64,000 nt of DNA, taken from NCBI GenBank assembly GCA_964016885.1, contig OZ024741.1, forward strand, positions 412,982,001-413,046,000, read 5' to 3'. Under the pieces are notes generated by a model. That model was not told where the DNA came from. It made no database searches and worked only from the letters and a program-made list of their open reading frames with translations. Made by a program: the position numbers and the translations under genes. Each line of letters opens with the position of its first letter. Position 1 is the stretch's first letter. Shown here one piece after another: positions 11,751 through 24,541 of the stretch. This stretch comes from Eledone cirrhosa (Eukaryota).

Positions 11751-14700
11751 ATCATCATCATCATCATCATCGTTTAACGCCCATATTCCACGCTAGCATG
11801 GGTTAGACGGGAGTTGTCCCACTTGAGGCAAGGCTGGTCGGGTGACTGGGTCTCGCTCATATAGGACTATCTGGCAGGTTTTCTACGGCTGGATGCCCTT
11901 GATAACAACAACCAAATTTACAGTGTGAAACTGGGAACTTTTTACCGTGCTACCTACATGGCCACATTACAGCGTGAACTGTGTGTTTTTTTGTCGTGAC
12001 ACCTACACGATCTCGATCTCATTATCTCATTTAATTGGACTGGATGTTGTGGTACCAACTTTACAGAGAGAGGGTGGTGGGAGTGGGAGGATAGGGTAGA
12101 GGTAGTGGAATGGGGTGTATATTTGATTAAGAGGTGCCTACTGACTGTAGGTTTCGCTTTGTACATAGGTAAGGCGGGTCTTCTGTATTACAGCGTAGCG
12201 CCAAAGATGTCGGTCCAGTGACCTTGTGTTAGAGAGGTGTAAGTGTGTAAGGTCGGAATTTATCAGATCGTCCCAGGTTTTTCTGGGTCTACCTCCTCCG
12301 TAACAACCATCAATTTTGATCGCCCTGCACTTTTTTATGCAGCTGTCGTCTTTCATGCGCATCACATGGCCATACCAACGTACTCTTCTCTCAAGTAAAC
12401 AGCATCTGATCCCTCTTATTCCTAATTTCTCACTTAGTTCATTTATGCTTTGCCGTTCACGTATATTACTATTACACATACAACGGAGCATGCATGCTTC
12501 GTTCCTTTCCAGTCTGCGCAGGTCCTCTGCACGCAATGCCCATGTCTCACTGTTATGTAGCATTGCTGGTCGTATACAGGCATCATACAATCTGCCTTTC
12601 ATTTTTAGAGAGAAACCTTTTGTGGCCAACAGTGGTATAAGCTCTCTGAACTTTTTCCATCCCGTTCTGACTCTGGCTACTGTACTTTCAGACCACCCTC
12701 CACCACTGCTGATTTCGTCACCCAGGTAACGGAAAGTGTCTACTATTTCTATAGAACCATCTGGGCAATAGAAGGAGCTAGTACTCTGTGGGCACTTGCT
12801 ACTCGTTGCACCTGAGCATCGGCCAATATGAAGTCTACGTTCTTCGATAGTTTACCTGTGACTCCACTACATCTTTTATGCACCCATACTTTGCATTTGG
12901 GACATAACATGGAATTTATGCCTACTCCTTTCCTACACACTGAGCATGGCCATTTCCCTGGGGGAACCTGTGCCCTATTTTCCTTTCTACAACATAGAAC
13001 TTTAGTCTTAGACCTGTTAACTTTAAGGCCTTTTGATTCTAGGCCATGCTTCCATGTTTCGAATTTCTTCTCTAGTTCAGCCATAGATTTAGCTATGAGA
13101 GTTAGATCATCTGCGTATAGGAGTTCCCATGGGCAGCCGGTCTTGAACTCCTCTGTTATAGCCTGAAGGGCAATAATAAATAGGACAGAGCCTTGGTGAA
13201 CACCAACTTTTGCACTAAATTCTTCGCAATATTCATTGTTAATTCTAACCTTACTGACTGTTTCATTATACATAGCTTGTATAGCTCTTACAAGCCATTC
13301 ATCTACACCTAGTTTTCTAAGAGCCCACCATATAATGGAGCGGGGGACTCTGTCAAAGGCTTTCTCCAGGTCTACAAAAGCTAAGTAGAGGGGTTTACTT
13401 TTAGCTAGGTACTTCTCTTGTAGTTGTCGTACAAGGAAAAGAGCGTCTGTGGTACTTTTACCTGACACAAACCCAAACTGCATTTCATCTAGATCAATTC
13501 GCTCTCTGATTTGTTGCGCTATAACTCTTTCTGTGACCTTCATGACCTGGTCAACTAACTTAATGCCTCTATAGTTTCCCCTATCTAGAGCATCCCCTTT
13601 ACCCTTGTAGCAATTAATGATGCTGCTGCTATGCCAATCTTTTGGTATGACCCCATTCTGTATTACTTGGTTAACTATACGGGTGGCCATAGTGTGTCCC
13701 ACCATACCAGATGCCTTCAACATCTCAGCAACTATTTCCGAAGGCTTAGCTGCCTTGCCTGTCTTCATATCTTTGATTGCATTACTTATTATACTACCTT
13801 TAACTTGCACCGCTGGTCCTTCTATTGGATCGATTTGGGGCAGACTATCTTTTTCCCATTTATTTTCCTTATTTAATAGTCTCTTGTAGTGACACTTCCA
13901 GGCTATCTTCTTATCAGTATCATTGAGTGCAAGTACACCGTTATCATTACGGACACACTTCTCCCTGACAATATCATGGTTTTCCTTGACACATTGTCTA
14001 ACAATCCTGAACACCTCACGTTTTTGGTCCTCACGTTGTAGAACATGCTTGAACTTTCTATCCTCTGCTTCCCTTTTTGCAAGGTACACTTGTCTCCTAG
14101 TTTCTCTCCTGGCCACTTGATAGTGCTCTCTACTTCCCCCATCCTGCCATACTTTCCAAGCCTGCTTTTTGGCCTTGATTGTCTCTTCCACCTTACTGTT
14201 CCACCACCAAGTTACTCTCCTCCTGCCAATAGGTCTGCTCCAGCCACAGATTTCAGCCGTTGCTTTCAGCAGGTTAACTTTCAAGAATTGCCACTGTTCC
14301 TCTATATCGCACATCTCTAATTGCTCTTCCTTATTGTCAAAGGCATCAAGTAATAAGCTTTTAAATTTGTCACTGGCTATGGGGTCACTCAAGGTAGACC
14401 TCCTCTGTCGTCGAGTACGTCTATTTCTGACTATGAGGTCACTAACTACTAGGCTATGTTGGGAGGTGCATTCTTCACGGGGGAGGGATTTAGTGTTTAC
14501 AACAGACATTTTGTCCCGTCTTCTAGTAAGGATATAATCTATCACCTGATCTATAGGTGATCAAGTGGTTTTCACATTTTTTAAAGTTTGCGTTACAGAT
14601 ACTTAGGCTATTTGCGTCACAGAATTCCAGGATTCTGAAGCCCTCCTCATTCTATTTCCAACCCCATAGCCTCCATGGATTCCATCATAGCCATCACTAT

Positions 14701-15530
14701 GTTGTCCAACGTGACCGTTTAGATCGCCAGCAATAACTAAGTAGTTGCTGTTGGTTATTTGGGAGGTAGTGTGCATTGGCATCTCATAGAACCTGTCAGG
14801 TAGACCAGATTGGGGTGCATAAGCGGATATTATTGCCACAGTAGTTCTATTTAGAACTAGTCTTATTTTAATTATTCTGTCATTCACTCTATTTACCTTA
14901 TCTACCCATTTTTCAGCTAACATAATTCCTACACCACCCTGTCCGTTGTCATTTCCCACCTAGAAAAGTTTATAGCATCGTTTTTTACCCACGATGAATC
15001 TGGCAGTCACCCCTCTCCACCTAGTCTCTTGAATACACCAAACATCAACTTCTTCACGTTCAAAGCATCTCTACAACCTCATTTGAGCAACCCTTCAATG
15101 TGTCTACGTTCATGGTACCAACTCTGAAGTTGGGAGGGTGGGATGGATGGGTTGGAGGGGCAGGGAGGGGTGTGGGCGACGGAATTTTGTTGGTCATCCA
15201 TGTCTGAAATAAAGGTCCTTGTATTCTCGTCTTGCAGCGGGAGGTGAATTTATCTTTATCTGTGACATTGTCATTGAGTGCATAGACTTTCCAAATCTCC
15301 GCAGTCAACCCATCAAACAGGTCTAAACTTAAGGAGTAGTAACCGGGGTGGTAGCTTTGCTATACTGATTTGTTAGAGAACTTTACTATAAGCCGCTGAG
15401 TTATGGTTGGACCATATAGCAATGGTGGTGTGTGGGGGTGGGGGCGGCAGGAAATGGGTAACTTTAGGAGAAGGTTAGTTTTTAGGAAGGGTCCAACAGA
15501 TTGAGACATATTATTAAAAACATGTAAACA
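11751..15530 (-). mobile_element. Near-full-length RTE LINE family C (5'UTR, APE endonuclease, RT, PHD-type finger, 3'UTR, (GAT)n tail), disrupted
   Basis: FRVGTMNV..(APE start), GVGIML..SAYAPQ..GDLNGHVG, IDYIL..SQH, NYRGIKL, QFGF, FVDLEKAFDRV, GVHQGSVL, LLYADDL, HNSETW, WYGHVMR; stops and frameshifts between ORFs. Confidence 0.95.
12749..14545 (-). pseudogene. RTE ORF segment from the APE C-terminus through RT (YADD) to the Cys/His finger
   Basis: 598-aa ORF with RT motifs; frameshifted at its C-terminus. Confidence 0.9.
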
Positions 15531-15633
15531 TGTTATATATATATATAATTAAGAAATGAAGCTTGTCAAATAGAATGGACATAGCTTTAGTCATTTCCTT
15601 ACTCACTCAATAACCAATTAAATTTGTATTATT

Positions 15634-15830
15634 TGGATTGGCAGTATCGGTAGAGGGTTGGACGCCATGCTTTGTAGCACAGTTACGTCCCTTTACGGAC
15701 TGAGTTCAAATCCCGCCGAGGTTAACTTTGCCTTTCATCCTTACAGGGTCGATAAAATAAAGTACCAGTAATGCACTGGGTAATTGCTGGCCTTGTGCCA
15801 AAAGTAGAAACAATTATTATTAGTATTATT
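15634..15830 (+). mobile_element. tRNA-derived SINE, family 1, with (ATT)n tail
   Basis: A box TGGCAGTATCGG, B box GAGTTCAAATCC, body GCCTTTCATCCTT..GGGTCGATAAAATAAAGTACC; three copies in the window. Confidence 0.85.
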
Positions 15831-15834
15831 TTTT

Positions 15835-16223
15835 AAGTTTCCTTGGAAAGGATGGTGAGGGTGGAGAGAGAAGTGGTGTCCCCCTTTGCTGAAAGGTAGG
15901 GGAAGGTGGCGAGAATGGCCCGAGTGGGTGGGCCTGCTCTGATCATGCACCTGTAGGTGGGTAAATTTAAGGAGAGGAGTGCCCTTCCCGGGTGCTCTTG
16001 AAGCGTCGAGTGGTTCAGGATTGGTGGGGTACCTGAGTCAACCCTGGGTGGTTATCCCCCCTATTGGGGAGTTTTTCATTGTTGTATTTTTCTTGTTATT
16101 TTGTTATTGTTATTTATATTTTTACATGTTGTATATGTAAACCCTCACTGTCCCTGTCTTTGTATTGTCCCCTATATGTCGGCCCTTGTGGCCAATAAAT
16201 GAAACCATTATTATTATTATTAT
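15835..16223 (+). mobile_element. Probable L1/Tx1-like LINE 3'UTR fragment
   Basis: Shares CCCCCTATTGGG..CATTGTT, a T-rich tract, CCCTTGTGG..AATAAA and an (ATT)n end with 16224-16730. Confidence 0.5.
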
Positions 16224-16730
16224 TTTAGCCGAGAAGGGCAGGCAGTTTTTATCTGTCTGGTGGCCATGGTAAAAGAGATTGTATGGTGGACACGTCTGAA
16301 AGGGTTGAATACGAGTACTTTCCTCTTCGGTGACGCCTTCATTAACTATTTCAGGTTTCACCTGAAGAGAAAAATCAGGGTGGAGAGGGAAGTGCTGACC
16401 TCCAGCCAGTTTGTTGAAAGGTGGGTGAGAGAGGCAAGAATGGCCTGTGTGAATGAGTCTACCCTGAATGTGTGTCTGTAGCATTGTAGGAAGAAAACTG
16501 GAAGAGGGCATTTTCCCTAGCGGTCAGGGTAACCGTCGCTTTTCTTGTGGGCTTTCTCCACGAGCAACCATCGGAGGTCTCCCCCCTATTGGGAATTGTT
16601 CATTGTTTCCTTTTGCCACACTCTGTTTTGTTTTTTTTTACCATGCAGAAATGCCCATTTGTATTGTCCTGTGTTGTCCTTAATGTTATACTTTGTGTCA
16701 ACCCTTGTGGTTAATAAAGAAAGCATTATT
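16224..16730 (+). mobile_element. L1/Tx1-like LINE 3' end (ORF2 C-terminus plus 3'UTR)
   Basis: AMVKEIVWWTR..F..HLKRKIRVER..FVERW resembles the L1/Tx1 ORF2 C-terminus; AATAAA then ATT repeat. Confidence 0.6.
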
Positions 16731-17053
16731 AGGTTGGATGTACTTGCTGACACTGTCCGTATTTTCAGCAATGATATATGTATGGAATTTGGTATTAATA
16801 AGTGTGGAGTCCTAGTGATGAAGAGGGGTAATTTGAGCAGAAGCAACGGAATCCAGGTACAAACAGGTGAGATGATAAAGGAAATTGACACTGAAGAGGG
16901 ATACAAATATTTAGGTGTTCTGGAGGCAGATGACATCAAGAACAAAAAAATGAAGGAATTGATAAGATCTGAGTACATAAGGAGAGTAAGGAGCGTGTTA
17001 AAATCACATCTATATAGTAGGAATGTCATAAGTGCAGTGAATTCCTGAGCTGT

Positions 17054-17056
<3 letters not shown>
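16731..17056 (+). mobile_element. R4/Dong-clade non-LTR retrotransposon RT fragment
   Basis: FSNDICMEFGINKC..YKYLGVLE..EYIRRVRSVLKSHL..NVISAVNS; bounded by (ATT)n. Confidence 0.75.
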
Positions 17057-17095
<39 letters not shown>

Positions 17096-17099
<4 letters not shown>

Positions 17100-17331
17100 C
17101 AAGAAAAACTACAGGATTTCCCGAAAAATCTTTTTCAAATAAGCTTCTTCAAGAGTAAAAGCAAGACATTATCTTCAATAGTCAGTTTAATTATAGTTAG
17201 ATTCTGGTGTGTTTTGTGAGAGATTTACAAACAATAATTAAACTGACTGTTGAAGCTAATGTCTTGCTTTTACTCTTGAAGAAGCTTATTTGAAAAAGAT
17301 TTTTCGGGAAATCCTGTAGTTTTTTTGTGAA
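17096..17331. repeat. Inverted repeat with ~98-bp arms and ~40-bp spacer
   Basis: TTCACAAGAAAAACTACAGG..CAGTTTAATTA mirrored by TAATTAAACTG..CCTGTAGTTTTTTGTGAA. Confidence 0.85.
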
Positions 17332-17396
17332 GAAAATCTATAGTTGTTGTTCTTACTATCTGTCGTTGTTGTTGATGTCATTGTTGTGATTGATAC

Positions 17397-19137
17397 ATCA
17401 TCATCATCATTGTTTAACGTCCATCTTCCACGCTAGCATGGGTTAGACGGGAGTTGTCCCACTTGAGGCAAGGCTGGTCGGGTGACCGTGTCTCGCTCAT
17501 ATAGGACTATCTGGCAGGTTTTCTAAGGCTGGATGCCCTTCCTAACACCAACCACATTTACAGTGTGAAACTGGGAACTTTTTACCGTGTTACCTACACG
17601 GCCACATTACAGCGTCGACTGTGTGTTTTTTTGTCATGACACCTACACGATCTCGATCTCATTATCTCATTTATTTGGACTGGATGTTGTGGTACCAACT
17701 TTACAGAAAGAGGGTGGTATTGGTGGGAGTGGGAGGATAGGGTAGGGGTAGTGGGATGGGGTGTATATTTGGTTAAGAGGTGCCTACTGACTGTAGGTTT
17801 CGCTTTGCACATAGGTAAGGCGGGTCTTCTGTATTACTGTGTAACACCAAAGATCTCGGTCCAGTGACATTGTCTTAGAGAGATGTAAGTGTGTAAGGTC
17901 GGAATTTATCAGATCATACCAAGTTTTTCTGGGTCTATCTACTCCGTAACTACCATCAATTTTGATCGCCCTGCATTTTTTTATACAGCTGTTTTCATGC
18001 GCATCAAGTGGCCATACCAACGTAGTCTTCTCTCAAGTAAACAGCATCTGATCCCTCTTATTCCTAATTTCTCACTTACTTCATTTATGCTTTGCCATTC
18101 ATGTATATTACTATTACACATACAACGGAGCATGCATGCTTCGTTCCTTTCCAGTCTGCGCAGGTCCTCTGCACACAATGCCCATGTCTCACTGTTATGT
18201 AGCATTGCTGGTCGTATACAGGCATCATACAATCTGCCTTTCATTTTTAGAGAGAAACCTTTTGTGGCCAACAGCAGTATAAGCTCTCTGAACTTTTTCC
18301 ATCCCGTTCTGACTCTGGCTACTGTACTTTCAGAGCACTCACCTCCACTGCTGATTTTGTCACCCAGGTAACAGAAAGTGTCCACTATTTCTATAGAACC
18401 CTCTGGGCAATAGAAGGAGCTAGTATTCTGTGGGCACTTGCTACTTGTTGCACCTGAGCATCGGCCACATATAAAGTCTATGTTCTTAGATAGTTTACCT
18501 GTGATCCCACTACATCTTTTATGTACCTATAGTTTGCATTTGGGACATAAAATGGAATCTGCCTACTCCTTTCCTACACACTGAACATGGCCATTTCCCT
18601 GAGGGCACCTGTGCCCTATTTTCCTTTCTACAAAATAGAACTTTAGTCTTAGACATGTTAACTTTAAGGGCTTTTGATTCTAGGCCATGCTTCCATGTTT
18701 CGAATTTCTTCTCTAGTTCAGCCATAGATTTAGCTATGAGAGTTAGATCATCTGCATATAGGAATTCCCATGGGCAGCTGGTCTTGAACTCCTCTGTTAT
18801 AGCCTGAAGGGCAATAATAAATAGGAGGGGGCTAAGGATGGAGCCTTGATGAACACCAACTTTTACACTAAACTCTTCACAATATTCATTATTAATTCTA
18901 ACCTTACTGACTGTTTATACATAGCTTGTATAGCTCTCACAAGCCATTCAACTACACTTATTTTTCTAAGAGCCCACCAGATAATGGAGCGGAGGACTCT
19001 GTCAAAGGCTTTCTCCAAGTCTACACAAGCTAAGTAGAGGGGTTTACTTTTAGCTAGGTACTTCTCCTGTAGTTGTCGTACAAGGAAAAGAGCGTCTGTG
19101 GTACTTTTACCTGACACAAACCCAAACTGCATTTCAC
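17397..19137 (-). mobile_element. RTE LINE family C, 5'-truncated
   Basis: Colinear with 11751-13490; ORFs 17981-18385, 18519-18725, 18863-19189. Confidence 0.92.
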
Positions 19138-19402
19138 CTAGTGCCTTGTCTGGGGCGTCACAGTTAGTGACTCTTTTGCGTCTTCCCATATCCTTGATGC
19201 ATCGAGAGCCACAGCATCCGCAGCTGAATGGAACAAAATCCTAAAATATCGTCATGTCAGCTAACTACATTTTCCAGCCTGTGTCGTTCAAGATGTTTGG
19301 GGGAATCGGGCTACTGACAACGAGGTTCTTATCTTCACTGGCAGATCACCTAACAGAGGTAACTGGTGATACTCGTGAGGGTGCTTGGTTGTTCCAGCGT
19401 GC
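19138..19402 (+). mobile_element. CRE-clade-like retrotransposon fragment (C-terminal restriction-like endonuclease region)
   Basis: CLVWGVTVSDSFASSH..AAEWNKILKY..YIFQPVSFKMFG..G..FLSSLA..VTGDTREGAWLFQR matches a remembered CRE-type pattern (WDxT..AE..K..KY..F.P...E..G..FL.QR). Confidence 0.65.
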
Positions 19403-20375
19403 TGGCTTTCCTAAAAAATTATTAAAGAGGTTTTCCAGTGTTCCTCACTATATTGTTATCTTTTGCACTGGTAGTGGCTCGTTTGTCCACCCCTTTCACC
19501 TGCCTTTTGTTTTATATGGTCTTAGATGTGTGTATTACCTGCCTTTTGTTGTATGTGGTCCTAGACGTATGTTTTACCTGCTTGTGTGTTTTTTTAATCT
19601 TTTTTTTACCTTTCTCCTGTATATATTATATTTGTTTTTGTTGATAAGAATAAGTAAATAAAAAGTTATACTTCACTTTACCCTCCTATTTCCAAATTTA
19701 TTGAACATTGCTTTCATGACTGTATGTGTATGTATGTGTTTGTGTAAATGTATGTTTGTGTTTATGTGAAAGTATGTGTATTTGTGTCATTGTATGTCTG
19801 TGAGTGTATATTTTTGTAAGTGTGTCTGTGTTTCTGTGATTAGTCATATACTTATACATATAAATGTATGCACATACGGACAAACATACATGTCAGCGTG
19901 TTGAGAAACATCCTAATCTCTTCATCTTTCTCTTTCACTCTCTCTCTCTCTATATATATATATCTGTCGCATAGTCACTATCTATATCTTTCTCATCACA
20001 CACTCTCTCTTTCTCGTCCTGTCTATATATATGGTAGTTGAAGTGGTGGTGGCGGTGATATACTGGAAGTGTTGAAATTTGAAACTTTTAGCAGAAGTGA
20101 ATCATGAAATAAGCAATAAAATTATATATATTTAATCAAGAGTTACGAAATTTAGTACATAAATTATGTAATATTCATTCATTATTTATTCAAATTAATC
20201 CAACTTGTTTTACTAATGGAGTAAAAAAAATATATTCAGGACACAATCCCGCACTCCTCCCTTTATTATATTATAATATATATATCATCTATGGGTAGAA
20301 ATCCATAGATGAAAGTTGAAGGAAAACAGTGCTCAATCTGTATCAAGAGAGCTTATTTAGTATAACTACTTCCCA

Positions 20376-21428
20376 TGGTGCAATAAGTAGCAGCAAGTGC
20401 CCACAAAATACTAGCTCTTTCAATTGCGCAGAGGGTTCTATAGAAATAGTGGACAGCTTCCGTTACCTGGGCGATAAAATCAGCAGTGGGGGAGGGTGCT
20501 CTGAAAGTACTGTAGCTAGAGTCAGAACTGGTTGGAAAAAGTTCAGAGAGCTTATACCACTATTAGCTGCTAAAGGGTTCTCCCTAAAAATGAAAGGCAG
20601 GTTGTACGATGCCTGCATACAAACAGCAATGCTGCATGGCAGTGAGACCTGGGCATTGTGTGCAGAGGATATACGCAGACTAGAGAGGAACGAAGCTTGC
20701 ATGCTCCGCTGGATGTGTAACAGTAATATACGTGAATGGCAAAGCATAAACGAACTAAGGAAAAAATTAGAGATAAGAGGGATCAGATGTTGTTTACTCG
20801 AGAGAAGGCTACGTTGGTATGGACACGTGATGCGCATGAAAGTCGATAGCTGTATAACAAAGTGCAGGGCAATAAAGATAGACGGTAGTCACGGAATAGG
20901 CAGACCTAGAAAAACCTGGGACGAGCTGATAAACTCCGACATCACACACTTACACCTCTCCAAGACAATGTCACTGGACCGAGATCTTTGGCGGTACTCA
21001 GTAACAGAGAAGACCCGCCTTACCTAAATACATAGTAAAACCTACTACAGCTAGTAGGCATCTAACAAAATACCCCCCCCCCCCCCGTCCCACCACCCCC
21101 AACCCATCCACACCACCCCGTTCTATGTAAAGTATGTTGGTGCCGCGCCATCGAGGCCGAAACAAATGAGATCGTGTAGGTGTCACGACAAAAAAACACA
21201 CAGTCCACGCTGTAATGTGGCCGTGTAGGCAACACGGTAAAAACCTCCCAGACCCACACTGTAAATGTGGTTGGTGTTATGAAGGGCATCCAACTGTAGA
21301 AAACCTGCCAGACAGTCCTATGCGAGCAAGACAATCACTCTTGCCTCAAGTGGGACTACCCCCGTCCAAACCCATGCAAGCGTGGAACACGGACGTTAAA
21401 CGTTGATGATGATGATGATGATGATGAT
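20376..21428 (+). mobile_element. RTE LINE family C 3' fragment
   Basis: ORF 20329-21027 (VDSFRYLGD..HGSETW..WYGHVMR); (GAT)n tail. Confidence 0.92.
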
Positions 21429-22104
21429 ATATATATATGTATGTGTGTGTGATTTATACATATCAAATGATATACGCTGTTTATGAATAAACATTTGGAA
21501 AGCCTTCTAGCCATGAATATTGAAAAGTTGATGTCAAGCGCCATCTAACAGATGTAGTGGGAGACAACTGTCAATGCACATTTCTGGCTCTGGTTGTCAT
21601 CAGGACCGTGCTTCCCCTGCTGTCAGCTGGAATTGAAAATATATAGTTTTTCACCTATGTAGATGGGCTGATTAGCCTCTTTTGCATATGGAGCTGTATA
21701 AGCTGGCTAAGTTTGAAAGTAGAATTAAAGTGTTTGTGTGTGTTTATTTATATAAATAGCTACTACGACAGCAAAGATCATATGAGATATTTGTTATGAG
21801 ATATATATATATATCAGGACTACATGTGGTTTGAATATATTTGTAATTACAAAGATTAGAAAAATAACTTCTGGTATATATTACTAATTAATATATCATT
21901 TCTTTTCATTAATTATCTTTTAAAATATTACTAGTATTACTTAACTACTGATGTCACTATATATATATTTGGTCGTCTTACTTGGGCAGATTTGGTCGTC
22001 TTACTGCAGATTACTAGTTAATGTGCAGAGTTATATATATATGTATATAAAGACCTTAACCACTTACTCATGAATGATAGTACTTGGTGTTGCTTGTTAC
22101 TAAA

Positions 22105-22186
22105 TCAATAATTGGTGATTGAGCTCAATCATTAAATCAGTTGTAAACATCATGTTCTGGAATATATGAAACAGCCGTATAATTGA
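22105..22186 (+). ncRNA. Degenerate hammerhead-like motif (probable PLE pLTR remnant)
   Basis: TCAATAA-TTGGTGA..GAAAC-AGCC-GTA-TAATTGA; core mutated. Confidence 0.35.
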
Positions 22187-22317
22187 ACTTTAGAGGCTTG
22201 ATTATCTCTTTAAGTGAGTACATTTAATGCTGTCATTCTGTGTTTGTACATAATATTAGTTGTTTCTCAACTAGATATATGAAGTTCTGTATATCGTTTA
22301 AATGTATATATATATAT

Positions 22318-22633
22318 CATCATCATCATCATCATTTTACGTCCACTTTTCCCTGCTTGCAAGGGTGGGACGGGAACTGATTCTGGCTTGATTTCTACAG
22401 CTGGATGTCCTTCCTAACACCAACCTCATTTACAGTGAGTGGTGGGTGGTTTTTGCCGTGGCACCTACACGACCACTTTGCAGTGGAATGATAGGGACCC
22501 CAGCTGAGTAAACTGGAGCAATGTGAAATAAAGTGTCTTGCTCAAGGAAACAACACTTCACCCGGTCTGACAATTGAACTCACAACCTTTCGATTGCAAG
22601 ACCGATGCTCTAACCACTAAGCCATGTGCCTCC
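22318..22633 (-). mobile_element. SINE family 2, full length: tRNA head, CORE-like segment, RTE-shared tail
   Basis: Minus strand GGAGGCACATGGCTTAGTGGTTAGAGC..GTGAGTTCAATT (A and B boxes), then TCCTTGAGCAAGACACTT, and a tail ending GGACGTAAAA(TGA)n. Confidence 0.88.
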
Positions 22634-22636
22634 ATA

Positions 22637-22705
<69 letters not shown>

Positions 22706-22706
22706 G

Positions 22707-22740
<34 letters not shown>

Positions 22741-22887
22741 TGTGTGTGTGTGTGTGTGTGTGTTGGAGGTGAGTTTTATTGTAGTACAATAAAGCAATGC
22801 AGATATCGGATAAGAAGCACTATACTGTTTGTGGGATTGGAGTATGCATAATATAAGATCAAAAGATGGTTAAAGGAGTTCCATATA

Positions 22888-22954
22888 TTTTATTATGCGC
22901 ATTTCAAAAACAAACATCATCAAGCAATAATATTTGTGTTTTCATCAGATAAAA
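22888..22954 (-). ncRNA. Canonical minimal type I hammerhead motif
   Basis: Minus strand TTTTAT-CTGATGA-AAACACAAATA..TGTTTGTTTTT-GAAA-TGCGCA(palindrome)-TA-ATAAAA. Confidence 0.75.
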
Positions 22955-23037
22955 CAGGAGAACATGATATGAAGGCTAAAAAAACACTTGTTGATAGTGC
23001 AGTTTTTAATCAACATATGTTAACCATCTTTTGATCT

Positions 23038-23102
<65 letters not shown>

Positions 23103-23118
23103 TACATACATACATACA

Positions 23119-23969
<851 letters not shown>

Positions 23970-24130
23970 TGTATTTTTAACTCTGATACTGGTTCAGTCT
24001 AATTCAACCGGATTGGTCTGTCCCAGTCATTCATTGAGCAACATCGGTGAGGTTGGCACCATTAACTCACGGTTGGGTGTGGATGCATTCATGTATATGT
24101 GTGTGTCCGCATGTATCTGTGTGTTTCTAA

Positions 24131-24179
<49 letters not shown>

Positions 24180-24181
24180 TA

Positions 24182-24265
24182 TCATCATCATCATCATCAT
24201 CGTTTAACGTCCATGTTCCACGCTTGCATGGGTTTGGACGGGAGTTTTCCCACTTGAGGCAAGAT
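24182..24265 (-). mobile_element. Very short RTE family C 3' terminus
   Basis: Reverse complement of ~25697-25772. Confidence 0.85.
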
Positions 24266-24409
24266 TATATATATATATGAGGCAAGATTATATATATATA
24301 TGAGGCAAGATTATATATATTATATATATATATATATATTATATATATATATGTTATATATATATATATATTATATATATATATATATATTATATATATA
24401 TATATATAT

Positions 24410-24441
<32 letters not shown>

Positions 24442-24474
24442 ATATAAATTATATATATATATTATATATATATA

Positions 24475-24538
<64 letters not shown>

Positions 24539-24541
<3 letters not shown>

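Noticed and set aside
20284-20312. Hairpin TCATCTATGG/CCATAGATGA as a ribozyme stem or terminator
   Set aside because: No intact core motifs around it; too short to interpret
22560-22633. Functional tRNA gene (also ~30295-30367 and ~15637-15720)
   Set aside because: These are SINE heads: acceptor and T stems are imperfect and they continue into the SINE body and tail.
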